A stretch of 64,000 nucleotides of DNA from Fistulifera solaris (Eukaryota), in NCBI GenBank assembly GCA_030295235.1, contig AP026162.1:1-64000 (forward strand), in the 5' to 3' direction. Shown one piece after another: positions 13,001 to 24,749 of the stretch (its first letter is position 1; every line of letters starts with the position of its first letter). The notes below the pieces were generated by a model that made no database searches, was not told the DNA's origin, and was given only the letters and a program-made list of their open reading frames with translations. Position numbers and translations under genes: made by a program.

Positions 13001-13142
13001 TTCCGTCCTATACAGCTCTTCACAACAAGCGTTCAAATAATGAGACTAGGTGATAAGAAAGAATCAACTTGCCGTCTTCATTTTTGAACAAGCAACACCG
13101 ACTTGCATCCTCGTCAGCATTACATTAGATACGAGAAATTCA

Positions 13143-13469
13143 ATGTTGCCTCGCAATCAAAAGCCGGCCAGTGTTAAATTCAGTGATACCGTGCAGATTG
13201 TTACAATTCAAAGACTCTCGACATGGCAGATCGAGTCGTTTTGGTATACTAAAGATGAATATGAGCGGATCAGGAACCGATGCCTGCAATCTCTTTCGAA
13301 GAAGCGATCCGGAACTTTTAAAGAGTCGTCTACAAACACTTTCCTTGGTCTTCAACATTTAACCATAGAAAGAAAACTCCAACGAAACGTACACCGCCGA
13401 ATACGACTTATTGAATTGCAAGATGAGTTGAGCACGTTGAGAGTTTCCGAGTCTGCTCGATCTGCGTAA
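13143..13469 (+). CDS. Small uncharacterised protein, VxF...WY...GL(E/Q) family typical of diatoms
   Basis: KPASVKFSDTVQIV...FWYTKDEYERI...FLGLQHL; same motif order as the gene at 22649-23329. Confidence 0.7.
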   Translation: MLPRNQKPASVKFSDTVQIVTIQRLSTWQIESFWYTKDEYERIRNRCLQSLSKKRSGTFKESSTNTFLGLQHLTIERKLQRNVHRRIRLIELQDELSTLRVSESARSA

Positions 13470-13535
13470 CAATTTCCTTGTCGACCCACCTACATGTAAA
13501 TTAAGCCTGCTATACTCCTGCTACTAAAACCATTG

Positions 13536-16208
13536 TTATCCTTCAAATTCATATTCTTCGTCCTCACTCCCATACCATAAAGGATCACTCACACTCCTGT
13601 CACGAACTGCCGGAGGCGAGGGCTTGCTGTCGGACTCATCTGAGAATATTTCTATGACATCTAGCGAGACCTTAGCAGGTTTGGCTTTCGAATTGACTTT
13701 CTTTGCTCGCGTAGCCTTTGAGATAGGCTTCTTTGATGCTTTCGTTTTCTTTTTTGCTGCAGACTGCTTAGCCTTAGTCGGTACCATTCGTTTCTTTGTT
13801 GTTAACCACGCACCATCAGAAGCAGAAGTTTTCCTTGCTTTCGGGCGGGTCGTACTCGAGGCAGGCTTTGAGCTGTTCGAATCTAAATGCTTTGGAAGTG
13901 AAACAGTCACCTGCGGATTCGGTGATTGCAAAAGACGATGACCAAGTGGACCTAAAACAACGTAAATGATAGTGCTGCAACACAATATTGATTGATGAGT
14001 AAAGGTTGCCTTGACCTACGGAATAGAAGGACGAAAACAAAAGGTGCACTTACTCGTACGATGACCACTTGGGTTCCGACAGTATAATGTTTTCCAAAAG
14101 GAGTGCGATGATGATTCTTTCGCAGTCATCAGATGATAAATTGTCTCTGGAAGGCGGGTTATCTTGAACACTGCCGTACCAAATGCGTCAGATTTACTGT
14201 CGAGCGTCTGTTTCATTAGATGTGCACTTACCATGGTAGAGCATTCTCTGGTCGTGTACGCCAATCTTTCAACAGCATCGCCGGAGTCATATTGACTCCT
14301 TCTTGTTGTCTATGGTGTAGAACCTGCAGCAACGTTTTTGCATGCTTCCCAACTTCTCTGCGCTCCGAAGTGATACCGTCATTGCGTAAGCAAATATCCT
14401 TGAGTGAGCTTTCAGGGTCTGGTTCACCGAGATGCGTCATTAATGTAGCACGACAAATGGAATCATTTCCGTTCATTTGACCGTAACGGATCATGGGCCA
14501 CACCAGCTCTTCGCCACTCGATCCATGTACCATTTTCAACATACGTATAACGTCCTTTATTCCTGAGTGTAAGAAAATAAAAGGGCGTGAACTAGGAGCA
14601 TTCAAACAGTTGGACTCACCTTTGGGCTATAGTACAAAACGCAATCAGTTGGTGTTTGACCATCTCTCCCAGCTCGCCCCGATTCCTGATAATAAGCTTC
14701 CAGCGTCTTGGATATGCAATGGTGTAGTACAAAACGAACATTCGGCTTGTTTATACCCAGCCCAAATGCGATGGTAGCGACAACGACCTGCGTTTCATCT
14801 CGCATCCAGCTTTGATGAACGTATTCTTTCTGCGTCTTCGAAACGTCACTGTGATAGGGCCGCGCCACAACTCCCATTTGGCATAGTTCATCCGCGACAG
14901 CATCCGCATCTTTGCGCGACAACGTGTAGACGATGCCGGGACTTCGGGGATATTTCGAATGAATGAACTCAGCCATGGCTGCAGTGACAGATCCTTTTCC
15001 TTCCGGTTTGGGTACTACGGAGTAAGTTAGATTGGGCCGGTTGGCTTTGGATCGAAAGAATTGATAATCGTTCATGCGCAATATGCGACAAACATCTTCT
15101 CGAACTCTCTCTGATGCGGTCGCTGTCAGTGCCAGAAGCGGAACGGAAGGGAAGTGCGCCTTCAGTACACCTAGCTTGGTGTAATCGGGCCGGAAATCGT
15201 GTCCCCATTGACAGGCACAATGACATTCGTCGATGACAAAACGCGCCAATCTACCTTGTGCATGCAATCGGTCCATTTCGCTGCCCAATTTGTTGGACTG
15301 ACTAATCTTTTCGGGCGTCACGAACACCAAACAAACACCTCCGTCAGGATCACGCACGCGCTGCCATCGTTGTGCGTGCTCGGACGAGCCTATACCAGAT
15401 GTGAATGAAACGGCGCTACCTTGCTGGAATTGATTCATTTGTTCTTCTTGATCTTGGATCAGCGATAACAGAGGGCTGACAACAAAAGTGACTTTGTGCC
15501 GCTCGAGCAGGGCCGGTAATTGATAAGTAAGGGACTTTCCGCCTCCTGTGCGCATCAATACGAACACATCGCGGTTACTGAGAGTCGCATTGATGATTTC
15601 TTTTGATTATCTCGAAAGGAAGGAATACGAAACTGATTTCTTAAGACATCATACATTCGTTGCGACCACGGAAAGTTCTCATCGTGTCGCCAATAGTCGA
15701 GTGGGTCGATCGTCGACGAAGTTGTAGCTGTAGTTGTTGAAATAGAAGCAGGACGAGGACGTTGTAACTCGAGCGGGCGTAACGGTGGATTGATTGCCAA
15801 AGAGGAAGGAGTCACTTTTTCTGTATGTCTCAAGGGTGACTGCGTAGATGGTTCAGGTAAGACTTCGTCCGGATGTTGCGTAAGTCTTTGTTGTTGCGTG
15901 ATCGAGGGTCTTTCCGGTGACGTTTCTTGATGATCGGTATTGTCGTGCCGTTGACAAGAAACAACGTTTGGAATAGTTTCTGACTTGATATTACGACTTT
16001 GTGCATTTCCAGTCAAGATTCTTTCCTCCAGTTGATCGATATCCTCGTCTAATTGTACAAGAACTTTCTCTACGTCTTCCATTTCCGTCAACAACTCTTT
16101 CATTTGCGCCTCCAGCAGAACCTTTTGATCGAAAAGATCTTGCAATCTCTGACGCTTACAATTGCGTTCTTCTTCTAGAAGCGATAACTCTATTACGTGC
16201 TGTTCCAT
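13536..16208 (-). CDS. RECQ: RecQ-family DNA helicase (RECQ1-like) with N-terminal coiled coil
   Basis: MRTGGGKSLTYQLP, VSPLLSLIQDQ, IDECHCACQWGHDFRPDY, ALTATA, VATIAFGLGINKPNVRFV, YYQESGRAGRDG. GT donors near 14619, 14229 and 14053. Frameshift in the T-run near 15601. Confidence 0.93.
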
Positions 16209-16579
16209 TATGAATATAAGTATGCAAGACAAACATGAACGACGAAAGACAATGACAATGACAAAAAGAAGCGCCGTTGTTATTGCGCAGGATCGCGAGG
16301 ATGCGCTTTGACTTTTCGACGGCGTGCATGTGCGCGGCGATAGCATGCGAGTCAGTCACGAATGAATGAATCGATCGTTACAACCGAAGCGACACGGCTT
16401 CGACGACTGTGCAAGATTAAGTGCCGTCGACTTTCCCCTCGACTAAACTTCACTACTCCGTATTAGACTAGCCTTAGCTACATAGTTACTATGAAATTAT
16501 GGAACAGAAATTGCAATCAAATATTTACCCTTCTCACTTTTCCAATACTTCAATTTTCAGTTTTTATCGCCTTGTCCCA

Positions 16580-17800
16580 TTAAACTATTTCGGCATCGTT
16601 TCGTTTGTCCCCAGTTAAGCGTGTGTCCGTGTCAAGAGTGGAATCTAGAATGGCTTTGCTCTTCTTCTTGGCTTTGATTTCTGATGTTCTATTTGGAATT
16701 ACCCCGTCCTCTTGTTCCAGTAGTTGCACTATTTCTTCAAATTGCACAACAATATCGCGAAAAGAAGGACGCTTCGCAATATCAGTTGCCCAGCATGCTT
16801 CCATGAGACTCGACCAAGAATAGGGCCACGATTTGTGCGGTTTGGGGCGTTGACCCTGTTGAACCACTTTTTCATCGTGCATCCGCTGATTGTAACCCGC
16901 AAAAGGAGTTTGCAATGAACAAATCTGCCAAAACAGAACACCAAAAGAGTACGCATCAACGGTCTCATTGTAAGGGCGATCAAGTGCAACTTCGGGAGCC
17001 ATATATCGCAGCGAGCCAGTATTTCCTGTAAGTAAATAGCAGCCGTCTTCATTTTGTGCGATGTCATCTAATCGTTTGGCCAATCCGAAGTCGAACAACT
17101 GAATTTGTGGATCAACACCATCCGTGAAACCTAAATTGTCGGGTTTGAGGTCGCGGTACACGATGCGGTTGGCATGCAAATAATCAATCGCCTTGGCTAT
17201 ATCTCTTGCGACATGCAACCGTTCTTTCCATACGGCGTGTAGTTGAGGTGCTTTCGCACAGCAATAGCCACACAACGGAAACCATGTGCCACTTGCTTCT
17301 CCCACTAACTTTCTCCAATAATTGAATTTCTTGTCCAATGTCCCACTCAGTCGATCTAAAACAATAAAGAAGCGACTTTCTCGTGGATCCGTATTCGCCA
17401 TGGCCCTCATCTGAACAATATGCGGATGCGACAGTGTGCGTAAGAAATCAGCTTCGATTGCCAAATCAGTCACTCCCTTAATGTGCTCCTCAACTGGTAG
17501 ATCCGTACGTAGCATTTTTAATACGTATGCACGAGTCTGGTTAATTTCGCGAGCTAAATCTTTGCGTTGCTGTGTATCTGCTTCGTCCGTATCGTTGACA
17601 TCATCCAAATCGATTGCAACAACCTCCGATACTGTCGAGAATCCGCCAGTACCGACGGACCTGCCTAATTTTGAGGAAATCAATGAAATGCAATGTGAGA
17701 AGCTATGACCATGAATCAAGCGAGCGCGCTTCTTCACGCTCTCCTGTGTAAATTAAAACGTACCGCATGTAATTTCTGTCGTAGTACATTCCGGGCAACA
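16580..17800 (-). CDS. Protein kinase (TKL-like, diatom-expanded type); 5' exon structure unresolved
   Basis: GTGGFSTV, VLK, IVYRDLKPDNLGF, DFGLAK, GSLRYMAPE, DAYSFG, RPSF. Probable intron about 17665-17763. Confidence 0.9.
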
Positions 17801-18675
17801 ATGTTTAAGAATCTAAAAGAAATTTTACACGCGAATTCAGCAATAATAAAACGCACCAGAAAACGCAAATTGCACAATCTTTCGTGTCTCTTTCTCTTCT
17901 ATCATCGTCATATTCAAGTCGTCTGAAGGCTGTTGATGAAGATGATTGTAATAATTCCACTGATAACGTCGCACAGGATTTCGCGGTGTTTTTCGTTTCA
18001 TGCACAACAAAGATTTCTCTGGAGAGTGTTAGGACCGGCAAATGCTCTCTCGGTGGATCTCGTGTGGCTTGGTCGTATCGGCCTTGTAATAATGGAAAGC
18101 TTTACCTATGGGTTGCGCCATGGCCGCATCGCCGACAAACTGGCGGATACGCAATAATCAAAACGTGTTGCGGCTTACCAATAACCTTAACTGGTAGCCT
18201 CAACTCTATTAGACATGAATAGGGAACTCGTGAGTCATTTGGCTCGCTCAGTCACGAGTCTTGAATTGAGAATGAAATAATGATGTAAACCTTACAAGTT
18301 ACAAGTAGACTGTATAAACTGCTCAAAATGTCCGAGGTACTGTTTCGACTTAGTGGTGTCTTGAATGAATCTTGAATCTTCGTTTTATTTAGATCTTTTA
18401 TTAAAAGTACTGACATCAGACGAGAGACGACTCCTCTGTTAGAGGGAAGAAGAAGGCCCAATGCTATTGCTCGAGACAGAAGATTCAAACTGCCCAATCC
18501 CTCGGCGGAACTTGTGTAACACTGCTCCTTCGCATTGCTCCTGCGTCCTGCGCCAATAATTTCAAAAAGGAGAACGCACAAGCATCACAATTGATTGCAA
18601 TCGATAGCACCTAACATTATAAGTGGAGCGACAGCAATTTGTTAATCGATTTGCTGTACCTGGTAGCTATTCAAC

Positions 18676-18924
18676 ATGCAACTACCGTCAACAACAAACC
18701 CGCGATTTTCTGGAGCCAAAAACATGCCCGGCGAGAAAAGAAGAGAGTCGCTCGGTCTAAAATCTTCTTCGAACGGCCTCATGAAGATGAAGCTGTCCAA
18801 AGCATTTAAAAAATCAATCGTCACTACTAACAGCGATGACGACGAAGATGATCGATGGAATTCTACATCATCTTCCGAGTTATCTTTGGATGCTCCACCG
18901 TCGCCCCCAAAACGTAGTCTATAG
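18676..18924 (+). CDS. Small disordered orphan protein with RW-S...P-x-P-x-R-S C-terminal motif
   Basis: 82-aa ATG ORF preceded by TTCAAC and ending DRWNSTSSSELSLDAPPSPPKRSL. Confidence 0.6.
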   Translation: MQLPSTTNPRFSGAKNMPGEKRRESLGLKSSSNGLMKMKLSKAFKKSIVTTNSDDDEDDRWNSTSSSELSLDAPPSPPKRSL

Positions 18925-19232
18925 CTGATCAGCACCAGAACGTTACTGCAGTACTTCGACACCATTTGGCTTGGGCTGCTTGTGTTTCAGGCACCTTTCA
19001 AAAAACTCGGAATTTATGAGCGGTTCGGTCTGTGAGCATAACTATGGTTCGAGACAACGTTTGCCTCGCGAGTAAAACGCAATTATCAACATGTGAATTT
19101 ACATGAATATTAATTCTTAAATACACCTTATAAAGCCGATCTTATTTGTACATGCTAAAACTGTTGATTTGTCACCTTGCAAGGCTCGTGTGAGCAACAA
19201 TGATTGACAACTTACACGAACATTGTGTCTGG

Positions 19233-19496
19233 TTATCTATCATCGCAGAGCATGGATCGGCGACGACCAGGTTTCCTGAGTGTCCTCTGTGAACGGATAT
19301 AGCTTTCAGATGATGACCATCGCGACAAAGGGAATCTGTTTGTCACCAAAAGTGCCGATGGTGTTTCAGCTTCAAACTCAATTGTTCTGTTGCTGGCCAG
19401 GTCAAAAACAACTTTCTTGGATGCAGAAGAGACAAACGAGGCGGAAGAAGTGTTCCTAGAGCTTATCGGATCGCCCCTGGATCTTGTGGAAACCAT
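19233..19496 (-). CDS. Small orphan protein with KKVVF and RWSSS...KPGRRRS motifs
   Basis: 87-aa ORF from an ATG preceded by CAAA; shares C-terminal motif order with the convergent neighbour. Confidence 0.5.
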   Translation of the reverse strand: MVSTRSRGDPISSRNTSSASFVSSASKKVVFDLASNRTIEFEAETPSALLVTNRFPLSRWSSSESYIRSQRTLRKPGRRRSMLCDDR

Positions 19497-19667
19497 TTTG
19501 CAAACGGAGCTCTGGTCCGTATATGCTTTGATTTCGTGCAAAGGTTGCGGACTGGTCTTCTGATGGATGATTAACATTGAAGTATAGTATAATCAAAGTG
19601 TTGCCTGTTAGATGAAACGTTCAAAATTGTGGTAGGATTCTTTCTCTTTTGTTTCATTTCAACCCCA

Positions 19668-20300
19668 CACCTTCCACCTTCCACCTTCCACCTTGTGACT
19701 TGTGACCGAGAGCGAAAAGTGAAAAGCGAAGGGAATAAGCTGTGGGCTGTGGCTGGCGGCTGGCGGCGGTTCAGACGGGCATAAGATAGCATCTATAATA
19801 AGGTTACGCGGAAAGCGGATCCGCCATCCGCCATCCGCTATTTGGTACTGTACAAAGTATGAGGTCTTTGCGTTGTACAGTTTCATGTTTAATGTTTATC
19901 ATAGTTTCGAAGAAATAAAAATGACGTCAATAATCGATAAATCATAAATCTGCTTTCATTCTAACTGTTTCTATTCATAATTAAGTCCATCGAACGGTCA
20001 TCGGTCATCGCAGTTCGCATGTCTTCGCATTCGGAACAGAAAAATGACTGTGTACTTTAGGGCTGGTAGTATTTGAAAGAATTTGTTGCTTTTGTGAGTG
20101 ATTTACGATTTACGTGGTCCTGTGTCTACAGTCTACAGTAAACTTTAACTGCAAGCGGTAGGTGGCGAGGATATCAATCACTTCCGACTAACGTCATTGA
20201 CGATTCTTAACGTTGTTATGTATTGTTATTGTTATTATCAGCCCCTCGCCCCTCATTTTGCTCCCTTTGACTCCTGACTCCTGACTCCTGACCCCTGACT
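19668..20300. repeat. Cluster of at least 10 different 7-bp tandem duplications
   Basis: CACCTTC x3.9, CTTGTGA x2, GCTGTGG x2, CTGGCGG x2, ATCCGCC x~3, CGGTCAT x2, GATTTAC x2, GTCTACA x2, GCCCCTC x2, TGACTCC x~4.7. Confidence 0.9.
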
Positions 20301-20756
20301 TGACACGCAGTTGACATTCGCCATCGCCAATCCACAAACTAACAATAGAAAGCCCCTTCGGCGTTCGTCAATACGAAGTATTATCTTACGTATTTCTTCT
20401 ATGATTTACTAACAGAAATACCTGAAAAATGAATTGTGAGCTCTTCATTGAAAGAATGCATTTACAGTTTCAAAGAGACGACAGATAGCATATTTCTTGA
20501 TCGTGACAAAAGCTACACAAACATTTCATTCCCGTAAAGTACTATGACGATGCCAGTAGTCAGTTTGTCCGCCGCGCGCGGAGCGGCGCTCGGTGTAAGT
20601 GTAAACGAGAGCAACCATGGAGATCACTTGACATTGTGTCGTCGCTAAGAATTATTTGCAGGCGACGAGCTACTCGCATTCATTGCTTGTCTTGGAGGAC
20701 CAGCGAAAAGGGCTCGTAATTCGTTAAAGAACGAGGGAAAGAAAGGCAATTGTATA

Positions 20757-22543
20757 ATGATAATTCAACTCACATTTCCAAGATTTCGGGTGTTATGCCA
20801 ACGATCGCTTTCCTTTTCTGCGGCTAGAGCGAATCGTTTTCTAGCTGCAGCAATGGAGCCGCAGCGACTAATTAGTCAAAAAAGATGTTTTCATCCTAAT
20901 CACGTAATGGATGCTAACGAGGAAAATCATGAAAGCCAACAGAAAAAACATCTTGATCGCAGGAAAAAGCCTTATCATCGATTGCAAGTTTGCATTGTGG
21001 GGCCACCCAACGCGGGAAAATCTACTCTATACAATCGACTGTGTCGTCCTTCTCGTCGACGACCTGCTCTGGTAAGTCCTACCGCCGGAACAACTCGCGA
21101 TACACTAGAAGCCGAAGGACAACTGGGAGGACTGTTTTTTGATATAATGGATACTGCCGGCTTGACTCGAACGGCGCAAATGGCGTCACTCCGTCCTGTG
21201 CATGCGGATGTGATCCTATTCACTCTAGATGGGCGAGAGAGGGTGACACGACTGGTGCAAGAGTGGGCTCGGTGGTTGCGACAGTCCTTTTGTCATCGCG
21301 CAATGATGATACGAGTATTCTGGTGCTGTGCAATAAACTCGAACACACTGCCACACATCGAGACGATTTCGACGAGCACTGGCATGAGTGGCTCTCTTTA
21401 GGTCTCGGTGAACCTCTAGCGATTTCAGCTATCCACGGAGATGGCTTAGCTGACTTAGCTGTCATTCTCCAAGAAGAACATGAGAAGCGAATGCATCTAA
21501 GCGACGATGATACAGCCGAACAGCGTACCCACGACGAAAAGAATGAGACCAATGAATGCGAGGACAAACCGCTTACCATGGCCATTCTGGGTCGCCCCAA
21601 CGTGGGTAAGTCTACTCTGGTGAATACCTTGTTTGGTGCGGAACGTGTTTTAACGGGACCGAACCCTGGCGTGACACGTGACGCGGTGACGATTCCGTGG
21701 CAATGGAAAGACCATGTCATACATTTGGTAGATACAGCGGGTATACGAAAGCCACAGCATACATCCAAGTCACATTCTTACAGCGCGAACGACTCGACTT
21801 GGTTGGAAGAACAGGCTGTCCAAGATGCATGGAGAGCGTTGCAGTTTTCGCATGTTGCAGTATTAGTGTTGGATGCAACGGCGCGACAGCTGACTCAACA
21901 AGATCTTCGTATCGCCGCGGCTATCGTTGAAGAAGGACGTGCACTGGTAGTGGTTGTCAATAAAATGGATACATTGTTGGAGGAAGACTACTCCGTTACT
22001 GATTTAGAAAAGGATGTCCGTGATCATCTCGAATCGCGATTCCCTATGCTACGAAAAACTCCGATTGTTGTGCTGAGTGCGCTGCATCAAACTTCTCAGA
22101 ACATTCAGAAGGCGCTTTTACCTGTAGTAATTCGTGCTGAACAACGATGGCAACGTAAAATTACGACAGGACAACTGAATCAATGGATGGCTGAAATTCA
22201 AAAAGAATATTCGTCTGGATCAGGTTTTCCCAAAATCAAGTATATGGTGCAAACAAATACAAGGCCACCAACATTTGTCCTGTTCACCAATCACGTGCCG
22301 GCGAACGACTCCTATTTACGCTACTTGACACGCCACTTCCAAGATACGTTTGAGCTGTACGGCATGGCCGTACGTTTGTTTTTTCGGACAAGCAAGAACC
22401 CGTTTGTTTCTGCATCAACCTCAAACAAGACAACACGCGGCGGTAGCGGTTTAGGGGGACGAGCAGCTCGTCAAGAGCGCAAAGTAAAGGCATTAAAGAG
22501 CGGAGAGACAGTCAAGCGTCGTAGACGAATCAAGCGCAAATAA
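20757..22543 (+). CDS. der: Der/EngA double-GTPase (organellar ribosome biogenesis)
   Basis: Two G domains: GPPNAGKSTL/GTTRD/DTAG/NKLE/SAIHG and GRPNVGKSTL/GVTRD/DTAG/NKMD/SAL. C-terminal KIKYMVQ..RPPTFVLF..YLRYL. Frameshift near 21290. N-terminus resembles a mitochondrial presequence. Confidence 0.93.
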
Positions 22544-22648
22544 AATTCACTAGTTATTGTGCGTATATATGTATTTGCATCTTGAGAGACCACGCGATCT
22601 TGACTTTAAGATGTCTACTTTTGCGTCGTTCTTCTCCTTGTTGCTTCT

Positions 22649-23329
22649 TTAATAATAATGTCGCATATCATCGTCGCCAGGTGCTCGAGGCATACGTATT
22701 TGCCTTGCCGGATGGTGAGGCTGTGTTAACACCGGCGTTGCATCCAAGAGTTCAGACATGACACTCGTCGGACTTGACCTTCTGGCGAGAGCAGCGCGAC
22801 CAGCCTCTTTCTCACTCGTAATATTTGGTAAGGTCTCATCTGTTACGGCGAAGGCATCTGCTGTTCCCATTAACCGAGCCCAGTTTCTTGCATCTTGTGA
22901 AAAAGTCTCTGATAACCGAGCCAAAACGGTCGCTCGATAGTCCTCTTCTGCATCGGCTAGCTTCATTTGAGCGCGCAAGACTGATTGAAGAGTTCTCTTT
23001 CGAATATCGGATCGTTTCGCCGCATATTCAGCATGAATCCATCGTTCTAAACCTCGCCGCAAACCTCCATGACGAGCCCAGCGATTCAAGGCATTTTGTG
23101 TCTCCTCGCACGTTTTCCCATACAAATTCGTTAACAAGGAAGAATAACCATGCTTGTTAGACTCTTTCGCTACAACCATCGCTTTTCGCTTAATGTGACT
23201 TAATTCAAAAGCTTGATACCAAATATCGTGCGGAGATACAGTCGAATGATCTAAAATAGCCTCGCTCGAACAAACTTCATTGTTTACTGTGAATTGTATG
23301 CGTCGTTTGTGTGTTTTCGTCTCCTTCAT
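22649..23329 (-). CDS. Uncharacterised protein, IxF...WY...RGLE family typical of diatoms
   Basis: MKETKTHKRRIQF...DIWYQAFEL...RRGLERW...SVLRAQ...ARLMGTADA. Confidence 0.75.
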   Translation of the reverse strand: MKETKTHKRRIQFTVNNEVCSSEAILDHSTVSPHDIWYQAFELSHIKRKAMVVAKESNKHGYSSLLTNLYGKTCEETQNALNRWARHGGLRRGLERWIHAEYAAKRSDIRKRTLQSVLRAQMKLADAEEDYRATVLARLSETFSQDARNWARLMGTADAFAVTDETLPNITSEKEAGRAALARRSSPTSVMSELLDATPVLTQPHHPARQIRMPRAPGDDDMRHYY

Positions 23330-23927
23330 AATAGCCTCTTGGCTTCGTAATTGTGTTTGTTCGCGATTGAATAGGATTGTTGTATGATTATTGTTAGCAA
23401 TGGAACATCTTTTGCTTGGTCTCTTGTAATGGCAAGAGCAAAGAGGCCAGAAAACCACAAAAAGCAAAACAAAGCAGAAACGGAGCCGAAAACGCAAAAG
23501 GGGCGAAAAAGAGAAAAGCGGTGCGCCGCGGGCTTCCAGCTTCCAGTACCTACTATGCACGAAAATGTAGGCGGAATCTGAATTGGTCGTGGATTTCAGT
23601 GACGAGTTCAAGTTCGAAAAGGCCCAAAGAATTGTCAATAAAGAGGTCGTCATAAAGTATGCTGAAACACTTATATCATTATTTCTGTAAGAGGCAAAAA
23701 TCGTCAGGTCTTCTGCGGTAGTAAGAAGTTACTCTCAATAGGGCGTGTTCTTGTATCGCAGCGCGTATAACCAACCACTTACTCGACTCCTTGTCACACC
23801 AAAGGCCGAAAACGCCTAAACATAAAACGTCATCCCTTTGCGTGACAATAATGAGGTCGTTATTACACGACGATCGTTTATCATACTACGTATTGATGTT
23901 TTTAATAAACTACGTGTATAACCAGCG

Positions 23928-24427
23928 ATGCTCACCCACAACAGAATAAAAACCCTTTATGCTCGTTCCATAGCCTTTGCTTGGATGGTAGCGCGATTGT
24001 CGCTTGTCCTTTGTGTATTAGCACAGCCTGATTATTCTGGCCCAAAATGTACAGGGTGCCATCCAACGGCTGCGATTGCTTCAACAGCCTTTGGGAATGT
24101 AAAGACGGCTATGACGCTTTGACAACGTGCCCACACGGAGCATGTTTTGTGTCGCTCAAGGGTGAACCGACGTGCGGAGAGTCGTATTTATGTCAACCGT
24201 GTACAAGTGATGATGATTGCTTGGCGCCACAGTGAGTCCAAACACGGAAATTCCGAAATCACGACGCGCCGCTCACTTGTGTTCGTCTTCCTTTCAATCT
24301 CTACAGTGAGGCATGTGTCTGGTACGGATTTGCGAAGGGTACCGACTGTGAAACAAATGGATATGATTGTGCTACTCAAGGAAGCCTTTGCGCGAGTACA
24401 GTATTGTTCGCCTTGCAAAAAGACTAA
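23928..24427 (+). CDS. Small secreted cysteine-rich protein, paralog A (14 Cys in the mature part)
   Basis: Hydrophobic leader ending VLCVLA-QP. One G missing near 24055. Intron 24232-24306. Homologous to the convergent gene. Confidence 0.75.
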
Positions 24428-24749
24428 GATGACTAAAACAAAAGGATTATGGAACAACCGATTTGTTCATAAGGCGCTTGCGTCAATTTAATTCTAGAGC
24501 CGCGACAAAGTTGGTATCCCTGAAGTACTTGGTAGCCGCGGGACCCCATTTACGACACGAAGCGCCTTATTCTACTCCCTCATCACGGAAGCAAAGAATC
24601 GCTAACAGCCATCAGTGATGCTCTATGGAAAATAAATTCCATTTGAACTCAATAGATATGTAAAATTTTGTTGTGTAGTCTTGATGTAAACTACACACAG
24701 AGCAGTATTTTTTATCCATTACGACAAGTTACTCAACCATGGCTTCCGT

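Noticed and set aside
23330..23653. Long in-frame N-terminal extension of the 334-aa ORF
   Set aside because: Reads like T-rich 5' UTR/promoter; family motifs begin at MKETK (23329).
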